NCBI GenBank assembly: GCA_037440265.1
Contig: JBBIUL010000001.1
Coordinates: 1-26,351, forward strand
Direction: 5' to 3'
From: Nitrospira sp.
GTDB taxonomy: Bacteria; Nitrospirota; Thermodesulfovibrionia; Thermodesulfovibrionales; UBA6898
Length of the DNA: 26,351 bases
The position numbers were made by a program, and so were the translations under genes. Below the pieces are notes generated by a model. It ran no database searches. It saw only the letters and a program-made list of their open reading frames with translations, and was not told where the DNA came from. Positions 17,006 to 24,759 of the stretch are shown here, in pieces (positions within the stretch are counted from its first letter, which is position 1; the number at the start of each line of letters is the position of its first letter).

Positions 17006-17818
17006 TCAATCTTTCAAGGTAATTGCCGGTGCAGTAACATGCGAAACGCCGAGCCCTGAGAGAGCGGATTTTCCCCTGACTGTCAGATCAGTTGTGAAAT
17101 GGAATTCATCCCTGCCGTCAACTGGATAAGCCTTTATGCGATAATGGGTCCCCCACGGTTTTTCAGATACCATGACATTTACCGGTCGGTCCAGCTGCAG
17201 GTAAGGACTGGTCAGTGCAACGTCAAGGAGCCTGCGGCGGACTGCCTGCGCGTCATGCCGGGGGTCCAGAAAAAAATCAGCAATGCACAGGTGGGTGTGT
17301 TTTCCGGAATTGGCATTCGAAATACTGGAGTTCCATATTTTCGAATGAGGAATGTTGACCAGCGTGTCATCAGGGGTCAGTACGAGAACGGAGCGGAGGC
17401 CAAGAGACTGTACCTCCCCGTAGACTTCATCAACGGTTATCCAGTCGCCGGGACGGTAGGGCTGTTCCCATACGGCTACGATGCCGGCGATGAGGCTGCT
17501 GAAGTAATCCTTGAAAGCAAACCCCAGCGTCAGTCCGACAGCACCGAAGATTGCAATGAAGTTCTGGACGGTAGGTTTGATAATAAGAGGAACAATGCTG
17601 AAGAAGGCGGCAATCAGGATGGTCAGGCGGAAGATAGGTATCATCGGAGGAAGGATGAGTCTGAATTTGCCGGGGACCCGTTTTGCAAGTGCAAGGATCA
17701 GCCGCTGCAGGATATAAATCATCAGGAAAGCACCTGCAATGATCGATGCGATCAGCAGAAAACTGATGTTCTGGAATTCATGGAATACCTGATAAAAATT
17801 ATTGCCGCTGCCGGTCAT
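17006..17818 (-). CDS. mscS: MscS-family small-conductance mechanosensitive channel
   Basis: Three N-terminal hydrophobic segments, TM3 signature 'GAVGLTLGFAFKDYFSSLIAG', 'YRPGDWI', 'GEVQSLGLRSV', 'IPHSKIWNSSISN'. Strong SD GGAGG upstream. Confidence 0.9.
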   Translation of the reverse strand: MTGSGNNFYQVFHEFQNISFLLIASIIAGAFLMIYILQRLILALAKRVPGKFRLILPPMIPIFRLTILIAAFFSIVPLIIKPTVQNFIAIFGAVGLTLGFAFKDYFSSLIAGIVAVWEQPYRPGDWITVDEVYGEVQSLGLRSVLVLTPDDTLVNIPHSKIWNSSISNANSGKHTHLCIADFFLDPRHDAQAVRRRLLDVALTSPYLQLDRPVNVMVSEKPWGTHYRIKAYPVDGRDEFHFTTDLTVRGKSALSGLGVSHVTAPAITLKD

Positions 17819-17827
17819 ATATGCCTC

Positions 17828-19054
17828 CTAAAGCATATCCGTCAGATAATCCTCTGCAGCCAGATATTTTTTTACTGCAGGATATCCTGAAAGGGTTGTG
17901 CGCCAAAGTCCGTTTTCTTCCTTGATCAGTCCTGCCTGAAGCAGTCTTTGCAGGCTCTTGACGGCGGTTGACTGCTGAATCGAGAGCATCATCGGAAGAA
18001 CATCTTCGTGAATGCCGCCATGGAGGAGCACGGCGTGGAGAACAAAAACATCTGTTTTGGATATCTCATGCGGGATCGCCGGCAGTTCAGTCTGTGCCCA
18101 TGGGCGGACCCAGATAGTGAGCCCCTGATCCATTTTTGCAGCCCTCTGTGCTTCGTCTTCGATGATTGCATCGGCTGATATCTGAAGACAGTTCCTCCAT
18201 ATTGCCCAAGCCACAAGGGGGATGCCGTTGCTCCGCGCAGCGATTATCTTGAGTAAATCGGAAGATTCTTTGTCCCTGTATGTTTCGGACTTTTCCTTCT
18301 TATTGCCGTCTGCCTGATTTACCGTAAGGATCGCCTCTCCGTTGTCAGATTGCCTGAAGATTAAGGTATGTTTGCAGGTTGTCTGTGCCATTGATCTGAA
18401 CCAGTGCTCAAGGCGCTGGCCGTCGAACGGTCTGAGAATAAGCGGGTTCCGAAACTGAGAATCAATGGACAGAACCCTGCTCAGATAGGACCAGGCCCAG
18501 CTGTTGCAGCCGATGATGTAGCGTTGATTCCTTTCCCATACAAAATCGAGGAAATCACGGACAAGCGTCAGTCCGTCAGTGTGCCGGATAAAACACCGTT
18601 CAAGTTCAGGTATTACAACCACCGTGTTTTCGCTGTCTTTGATCACCGAGAGCCATTCTTTGCCTCCGGTGAGTATCTCGGTAGGAGAAGGAGGCTCAAT
18701 GAATTCCCATTTGTGGCTGAGAGAGAGCTGCTCCATGGTCTGTCTCGTGCCGCTCCCGGGAGCCCCGATGATAACCTGGGATGTGTATTCGGGCTTTTCA
18801 GCGTTGATCCATGGCAGGACCGCATCATGCAGCGCAACCGTTTTATCCTCCCAATCAGGTGGCGGTGCTACGGTATCAAGCATCTGCTGGGGGATTGAAC
18901 GAAGTTCTGCATGGATATCGACAGAAACTCCAGCAGGCTTTCGGCGTCGTAGCCAGTCCATGAAGGCCTTAGCCCCTTTGCGCGCGATCTCCGATTTCGG
19001 CTCTGAAAGCCGTTCATAACTGCCCAGCGGGATGAATTGCCAGAGGTCTTTCAT
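17828..19054 (-). CDS. Hypothetical protein with a degenerate P-loop NTPase (AAA+/STAND-like) core and a probable C-terminal winged helix
   Basis: Walker-A-like 'VIIGAPGSGTR' without the Lys, Walker-B-like 'VVVIPELE', 'SNGIP' GxP-like lid, C-terminal 'AVKSLQRLLQAGLIKEENGLW' resembling a wHTH. The stop codon overlaps the mscS SD. The CDS is well supported; the fold is inferred. Confidence 0.65.
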   Translation of the reverse strand: MKDLWQFIPLGSYERLSEPKSEIARKGAKAFMDWLRRRKPAGVSVDIHAELRSIPQQMLDTVAPPPDWEDKTVALHDAVLPWINAEKPEYTSQVIIGAPGSGTRQTMEQLSLSHKWEFIEPPSPTEILTGGKEWLSVIKDSENTVVVIPELERCFIRHTDGLTLVRDFLDFVWERNQRYIIGCNSWAWSYLSRVLSIDSQFRNPLILRPFDGQRLEHWFRSMAQTTCKHTLIFRQSDNGEAILTVNQADGNKKEKSETYRDKESSDLLKIIAARSNGIPLVAWAIWRNCLQISADAIIEDEAQRAAKMDQGLTIWVRPWAQTELPAIPHEISKTDVFVLHAVLLHGGIHEDVLPMMLSIQQSTAVKSLQRLLQAGLIKEENGLWRTTLSGYPAVKKYLAAEDYLTDML

Positions 19055-19161
19055 GGTTCAGTTAAATACACATTTGCCGTTTTGATAGAGTATACAGTAT
19101 TGAGAACGAATAAAGTCATTACATATATGGTACTAAAAACAGGATGCCAATACAAAAGAAA

Positions 19162-20319
19162 TCAATGCTGCAGGATAAATCTTTTTCTGATACGGGCTGC
19201 GACTGTCAATGTGAAAAATAGAATAAACGCACCGTTGATAACAAGCGAGAGGTCATAGGACAGAAATTGATTGGAAAATCCCGAGCCGATATTGCCGATG
19301 AAAATGCCCAGGGTCCTGGTTATGTTGACCACCCCGTTGAACCCGCCCATCTGGTGCTCCGGAAAAAATTCCGAGGTCAGGATGCCTATGGAGAGGATTA
19401 CGAGGGCGTCCCCAAGGGTGTGGAGCACCCGTATGGCAATCATCTGCTCGAAAGAGGAAACGAACCCAGTTGCAATCTGAAAAAGGCTTGATGACGCGAG
19501 CCCGGTAATGAGGAGCATGGTGATGTCCCGTGATTTATCAAAACGGTGACCGGCGACCGGCGAAAGGACAGCCATCCAGGTTCCGAGAATGAAAAAGACC
19601 AGGCCGATCCGGTTTCCGTCAAACCCGAGTTTCTCTTTCATCAAGAGAGAGAACGATATCTGCTCGACGCCGAAATGGGTGGCATATACCAGGGAAATCG
19701 AAAGGAGGAGGAGTATTTTGCCGTCTTTCAGGCTCGCATTTTGAACAAGGGACTGCCGTGACTTAAACGGCTCGCTGTCCTTTAACAGGAAAGTCATGGC
19801 AAACAGCACAAAGGCGAACAATATCGCCGTTGTAAATAGCGCATCGAAGGAATAATGCTGAATGATCAGGCCGCCTGCGAGCGGGCCGCATCCGAATCCG
19901 ATATATGCTCCGGCCTGAAAAAAAGCTATTTTTTTTCCGCGCAGTTCAAACCCCATTACCTTTAGAAAGAGTGAGAAAAGAACGATATTCAGGGCAGAAT
20001 ATCCTATCCCGCCGACAAGGGCAAGCATGATGAGCTGGTAATACCCGTGGAACCTGGAAAGGCCGGTGATATAGAGAACGAGCAGTAATGCGCTTGCGAT
20101 CGCAATTTTTTTCGGAGATACGACATCCGAGAGAAAGCCTGCAGGAAGAACCACGAGTATTGATGAGATTGAGAAAACACCGATGATAATGCCGATATGG
20201 TAATCACCGAAGCCGGCTGATTTCAGGAATATTGGAAGAAATGCGAATATCATCCAGTGCAGAAAAAGCAGCAGGAAGGAGCAGATGAAAAACGGCACGA
20301 GATCTCTAATGTTCTTCAT
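19162..20319 (-). CDS. MFS transporter (about 12 TM)
   Basis: Twelve hydrophobic segments in two halves; motif-A-like loops 'GFLSDVVSPKK' and 'AGHRFDKSRD'; 'FGCGPLAGG'. Start placed at ATG 20319 (MKNIRDL). Confidence 0.88.
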   Translation of the reverse strand: MKNIRDLVPFFICSFLLLFLHWMIFAFLPIFLKSAGFGDYHIGIIIGVFSISSILVVLPAGFLSDVVSPKKIAIASALLLVLYITGLSRFHGYYQLIMLALVGGIGYSALNIVLFSLFLKVMGFELRGKKIAFFQAGAYIGFGCGPLAGGLIIQHYSFDALFTTAILFAFVLFAMTFLLKDSEPFKSRQSLVQNASLKDGKILLLLSISLVYATHFGVEQISFSLLMKEKLGFDGNRIGLVFFILGTWMAVLSPVAGHRFDKSRDITMLLITGLASSSLFQIATGFVSSFEQMIAIRVLHTLGDALVILSIGILTSEFFPEHQMGGFNGVVNITRTLGIFIGNIGSGFSNQFLSYDLSLVINGAFILFFTLTVAARIRKRFILQH

Positions 20320-20330
20320 ACTATTTCCAT

Positions 20331-20351
20331 ATCTGTCATCAGCTGACAGAT
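20331..20351. promoter_or_regulatory. Perfect 8-bp inverted repeat ATCTGTCA-N5-TGACAGAT (candidate operator or hairpin)
   Basis: 20331-20338 is the exact reverse complement of 20344-20351. It lies 11 nt upstream of the MFS start, in the MFS/VOC divergent intergenic region. Confidence 0.4.
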
Positions 20352-20422
20352 GGTCGGCGCTGTACAACCTCCTTATGGTGCACAAAAAAAGGAACTTTGA
20401 GCGAATTTATCATTTTCCTACA

Positions 20423-20492
20423 TTGGGAACAGTTTTTTCAATGCGTTATAATAATATAAAAGCTTTTCCGCCTGCCGGATCTTAACAGGAGG
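20423..20492 (+). promoter_or_regulatory. Promoter and RBS of the VOC gene
   Basis: TTGGGA (20423-20428)-N18-TATAAT (20447-20452); AGGAGG at 20487-20492, 8 nt before ATG 20501. Confidence 0.55.
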
Positions 20493-20500
20493 TATGTAAA

Positions 20501-21082
20501 ATGAAATATACAGGGATAAACCATCTTGCAATGGCGACCGGTGATATGGACAAAACAATACGGTTCTGGCGTGATCTCCTCGGTATGCGTCTTGTTGCCG
20601 GACTTGGGGAGCCGGGCTACCGGCACTACTTTTTCGAAATTTCGGAAAATGACTTTCTCGCTTTTTTTGAATGGCCCGATGCCCTGCCTGCAAAGGAAAA
20701 GGAGCACGGCAGACCGGCGAAGGGCCCTTTTATCTTTGATCACGTTTCATTCGGTGTCGCGTCAGAGGACGAACTCTTTGAGCTGAAAGACAAGCTGAAT
20801 GCAGCTGGTCTATGGGTTTCTGAGGTGATTGACCATGGGTTCATCCACTCGATCTATGCATTCGATCCGAACGGCATACCGATAGAATTCAGCCACACCG
20901 TTCCTGGCGTTGACATCAGGATAAACCCCGCGATGCGTGATGCATCACCTTCAGCAGTGGCGAAAGAGGGTCCTGATCAGATCCCCGGCAGGTGGCCTGC
21001 GGTGTCGCAAAAGACACGAGATGCCAAAAGACAGGTCTATCCCGGAGCTGGCAGTGAATTCTTCCACGGGAAAAGACAATGA
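20501..21082 (+). CDS. VOC (glyoxalase/bleomycin-resistance/dioxygenase) family protein
   Basis: 'GINHLAMATGDMDKTIRFWRDLLGM', 'FDHVSF', 'SIYAFDPNGIPIEF', with His/His/Glu metal ligands; strong RBS. Confidence 0.9.
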   Translation: MKYTGINHLAMATGDMDKTIRFWRDLLGMRLVAGLGEPGYRHYFFEISENDFLAFFEWPDALPAKEKEHGRPAKGPFIFDHVSFGVASEDELFELKDKLNAAGLWVSEVIDHGFIHSIYAFDPNGIPIEFSHTVPGVDIRINPAMRDASPSAVAKEGPDQIPGRWPAVSQKTRDAKRQVYPGAGSEFFHGKRQ

Positions 21083-21120
21083 ATGACACTCTGATAACTA
21101 ATAACTAAAGGGAAAAGCAG

Positions 21121-22914
21121 ATGAAACAGATAACATGGAACTTTGCTCCACTTTTTCAGAGCGGCGATGATCCGCAGATCGAGAAGCACCTGCAGCATAT
21201 CGAAAGAAAGAGTTATCAGTTTATCAACACCTGGAAGGACCGTACAGACTATACGAAGATGCCTTCCGTGCTGAAAACGGCACTATCCCAATATGAAACC
21301 TGGAGGAGATTGTACTCGACCGACGGGGCCCCCGGGTATTATTTCTGGCTCCGCACCCAGCAGGACCACAATGATCCTGAGCTGAAGGCCCGCTTCAACA
21401 AAATCGATGAATTCAGCCGCAGGATAGGCAACGATATCCGTTTCTTTGAAATGAGAATTGCAAAGATCCCCCGAAGCCGGCAGAAAAGATTTCTTGACTC
21501 CCGGGAGTTAAAAAGATATCGCCACTTTCTGGAGAGGATTTTTGCCGAGTCTCAGTATTTGCTGAGTGAACCGGAAGAGAAAATACTGAACCTGAAATCA
21601 TCGACATCGTATGCAAACTGGGTGCGGATGACCAATGATTTCTTGACCCGCGAGGAAAAAGAGGTTCTGCTCGAAACAGGCAGGAAAGGAACAAAGACCT
21701 TTTCAGAAATCCTGAGCATGGTGAGCCACCGGAAGAAAAAGGTGAGAGACTCTGCGGCGCGCGCGTTCAATCAGATCCTCACAAAACATGCCGATGTCGC
21801 TGAAGCCGAAATCAATTCAATCCTTGCGAACAAAAAAACAGATGATGAACTCCGGAAGGTCCTGAGGCCTGACCTCACCAGGCACATCAGTGACGATATT
21901 GATACTGATACGGTTGATGCACTGGTGGAATCGGTAACAGAACGGTTCGACATCTCCGGGAGGTTTTATGCGTTGCTTGCGGGGCTTATGGGGAAAAGGA
22001 GACTGCAGTATCACGAACGGAATGTCGAGTATGGCAGGATCGTAAAAAAATATGCCTTTGGCGATGCCTGCCGGCTTATCAGGAAAGTTTTCAGCGGGCT
22101 TGACGCTGAATTTTCAGATATCTTTGACGGTTTTCTGAAAAACGGTCAGTTTGACGTCTATCCGCGCAAGGGCAAAGGGAGCGGAGCATTTTGTGTGTAT
22201 AACCTCATTTCACAGCCGACGTATATCCTCCTCAATTATACGGACAAGCTCGGTGATGTCCTCACGATGGCGCATGAGCTGGGACATGGAATAAACAATG
22301 AATTGATCAGGGCAAAACAGCATGCGCTGAATTTCGGCACCCCGGTATCAACTGCCGAGGTTGCAAGCACCTTCATGGAAGATTTTGTGCTTGAAGAAAT
22401 CCTCTCGACCGCTGATGATGAACTGAGGCTCTCGATTATGGTCAGGAAGCTGCATGATGATGTTTCTACCATTTTCAGGCAGGTCGCCTGCTATCGTTTT
22501 GAACAGGAATTGCATCAGGCATTCAGGGAAAAAGGGTACCTGTCAAAGGAACACATCGGAACAATATTTCAGAGGCATATGGCTGCCTACATGGGAGATG
22601 CGGTGGAGCAGTCGCCGGGCTCCGAAAACTGGTGGGTCTACTGGAGCCATATCCGCATGTTTTTCTATGTATACTCATATGCGGGAGGGCTCTTGATATC
22701 AAAATCACTTCAGCGTTCAGTCAAGGACGACCCTGAATTTATCGGCAAGGTAAAGGAATTCCTTGCCGCAGGACTCTCCGATTCACCGAAAAACATATTC
22801 ATAAAACTCGGGATTGATATCTCGGACAGAGCATTCTGGTCTAAAGGCATGCAACAGGTGGATGCGCTTTTGCAGGAGACTGAAACGCTTGCTGCACGAA
22901 TGGGCAGGATATGA
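21121..22914 (+). CDS. M3 family oligoendopeptidase (PepF-like zinc metallopeptidase)
   Basis: HExxH 'AHELGHG', third-ligand motif 'TAEVASTFME', 'DVYPRKGKGSGAF', 'HIRMFFYVYSYA'; 597 aa. Confidence 0.92.
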   Translation: MKQITWNFAPLFQSGDDPQIEKHLQHIERKSYQFINTWKDRTDYTKMPSVLKTALSQYETWRRLYSTDGAPGYYFWLRTQQDHNDPELKARFNKIDEFSRRIGNDIRFFEMRIAKIPRSRQKRFLDSRELKRYRHFLERIFAESQYLLSEPEEKILNLKSSTSYANWVRMTNDFLTREEKEVLLETGRKGTKTFSEILSMVSHRKKKVRDSAARAFNQILTKHADVAEAEINSILANKKTDDELRKVLRPDLTRHISDDIDTDTVDALVESVTERFDISGRFYALLAGLMGKRRLQYHERNVEYGRIVKKYAFGDACRLIRKVFSGLDAEFSDIFDGFLKNGQFDVYPRKGKGSGAFCVYNLISQPTYILLNYTDKLGDVLTMAHELGHGINNELIRAKQHALNFGTPVSTAEVASTFMEDFVLEEILSTADDELRLSIMVRKLHDDVSTIFRQVACYRFEQELHQAFREKGYLSKEHIGTIFQRHMAAYMGDAVEQSPGSENWWVYWSHIRMFFYVYSYAGGLLISKSLQRSVKDDPEFIGKVKEFLAAGLSDSPKNIFIKLGIDISDRAFWSKGMQQVDALLQETETLAARMGRI

Positions 22915-22942
22915 ATGAACGGATATGCCGCCAGATGCAGTA

Positions 22943-23638
22943 TTATTCTTTCTGTTTTATATTGCGCTTCCGGGGAGACTTTTTTTTCTCAGGTTTGACA
23001 CCCCCGAAAACCCTGTAGTGTTCGTTGATGAGTAAGCGGATCTCTTCAGGGGAATTTACTATAGAGAATAAGGCAAGATCTTCTCTTCCAATGGTGCCGC
23101 TGGACACCAGAGTCGTCTTCATCCAGTCTATCAGCCCTTTCCAGTATTCAGAGCCATACAGGATGATCGGAAACGATTCTATCCTCTTTGTCTGCGCAAG
23201 GGTGAGCGCTTCAAAAAGTTCATCCATGGTGCCGAACCCTCCCGGAAAGATGATGAAGGCCATTGCGTATTTTATGAACATGAGTTTTCTGATAAAGAAA
23301 TAGCGGAACGACAGGGGAACGTCCTGGTATTTATTGGGCATCTGCTCTGTCGGGATTTCAATGTTTAAGCCTACAGAAGGTGCCTTGCCTTTTTTTGCAC
23401 CTTTGTTGGCCCCTTCCATAATGCCAGGGCCTCCTCCGGTGATGACCGCAAACCCGTCGTCTGCGAGCATTTTTGCGACAGCAACGGCAGCCTCATAGCA
23501 TTTATGACCCGGCTTCAGGCGTGCACTTCCGAAGATTGTTACTGCAGGACCGAGGTCATGCAGGGTTTCGAAGCCTTCCACAAGTTCAGACTGAATACGG
23601 AATACACGCCATGTTTCAGAGGTTTTAAGATCTTCCAT
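22943..23638 (-). CDS. LOG-family nucleotide phosphoribohydrolase (TIGR00730-type Rossmann-fold protein)
   Basis: 'VTIFGSAR', 'ITGGGPGIMEGANKGA', 'FRYFFIRKLMF', signature 'FPGGFGTMDE'. SD AAGGAG upstream. Confidence 0.92.
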   Translation of the reverse strand: MEDLKTSETWRVFRIQSELVEGFETLHDLGPAVTIFGSARLKPGHKCYEAAVAVAKMLADDGFAVITGGGPGIMEGANKGAKKGKAPSVGLNIEIPTEQMPNKYQDVPLSFRYFFIRKLMFIKYAMAFIIFPGGFGTMDELFEALTLAQTKRIESFPIILYGSEYWKGLIDWMKTTLVSSGTIGREDLALFSIVNSPEEIRLLINEHYRVFGGVKPEKKKSPRKRNIKQKE

Positions 23639-23691
23639 AGTACAACAGCTCCTTTATCAATATTTGCTGACAAACCGGTTCCGGCAGATGT

Positions 23692-24756
23692 TTATTTTTT
23701 CAGTCCCAATGTACTCAGCAGCTTGGTCATGTCGAATTCATTGCCGACAATCTCTTTGGTCTTGAGGACTTTTTTCTGTTCTCGTATCCGTATCTTGCCG
23801 AGTACTGACTCAATTTTTTCAACGGTGGTATAGGTGTCTTCGCTGGTTGAGATAACCGGGACCCCTTGCAGTTTCGCCTTGCCGATAATTACATCGTTCG
23901 TATACATACCGCCGGTAAGGACAATGCACTTTGTTGAAGTTTCGAGGGCAGCAAGCTGTATGTCAGAACGGTTGGCGCCGGTGATGACCGCCTTGTTTGC
24001 AGTCCTTCTGAAATATTTGAGCGCATTGTCAACATCCATGGCGCCGATTGAGAAATTCTCGATGAATTCATCAATGTGGTCTTCACAGCAGAGCAGTTTC
24101 CCGTTGAGGACCTCATTGAGCTGGCGCACCGTGATTGAGTCAAGCAGGATGTCTCTGTGCAGCGCAGCATAGACCGGTATGCCCAGTTTTTCGAGAAATG
24201 GCCTTACGGACTTTTTTATGAAATCATGGGCATGTTCGGGTATTTTGTTTATGACTACCCCGATGAAACTCTCTCCGAGGAGTTCGCGTGCCCCCAGAAC
24301 AGAGTCGATCGAACTTTCTCCGTTCCATGGCTCAACCACTATTGTTTTGGCATGAAGGTGGCTGATGATCCTGAGGCTGTTTATGCCGAATACTGAACCT
24401 TCAAACAGGTCTGCTGCCCCCCCGACCAGAACGATGTCCTTGTCAGCAATCGAAGCAGCAGCAGTTTTTATCTTTTCAAGATTGTCCGATGGACTGCCGG
24501 AGAGTACACTGTTCTGCAGCTCAAAGGTCAGCACAAAAGGCGAGACAACCTCAGGGGGTTCACTGACAGAGAGCGATTTCCGCATAAATTCAGCATCAGC
24601 GTCTATTATGCTGTCATTGTGTTTCATAGGGATCTTGCCGAACGGCTTGATATAGCCTAAGCTGTAACCGGCTTCCTTAAGCAGTAGGCCGAGGCCAAGG
24701 GTAATCAGGCTTTTCCCTGAAAATCCGGTCATGGAAGCAATGTATAAGTAGTGCAT
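23692..24756 (-). CDS. Phosphotransacetylase-family protein made of only the BioD-like N-terminal and DRTGG domains
   Basis: 'YIASMTGFSGKSLITLGL...GYIKPFG' (BioD/AAA_26-like P-loop) and DRTGG region 'FSIGAM...AVITGANRSDIQLAAL...IVLTGG'. No PTA_PTB catalytic domain. Confidence 0.85.
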   Translation of the reverse strand: MHYLYIASMTGFSGKSLITLGLGLLLKEAGYSLGYIKPFGKIPMKHNDSIIDADAEFMRKSLSVSEPPEVVSPFVLTFELQNSVLSGSPSDNLEKIKTAAASIADKDIVLVGGAADLFEGSVFGINSLRIISHLHAKTIVVEPWNGESSIDSVLGARELLGESFIGVVINKIPEHAHDFIKKSVRPFLEKLGIPVYAALHRDILLDSITVRQLNEVLNGKLLCCEDHIDEFIENFSIGAMDVDNALKYFRRTANKAVITGANRSDIQLAALETSTKCIVLTGGMYTNDVIIGKAKLQGVPVISTSEDTYTTVEKIESVLGKIRIREQKKVLKTKEIVGNEFDMTKLLSTLGLKK

Positions 24757-24759
24757 TGA

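Noticed and set aside
17099-17890. 263-aa antisense ORF over mscS
   Set aside because: Same codon register as mscS (offset 93 nt), no RBS and no domain-like sequence; a shadow ORF.
20320-20385. Longer MFS N-terminus from ATG 20385
   Set aside because: The extra 22 aa are hydrophilic, not MFS-like and have no RBS; ATG 20319 directly precedes TM1.
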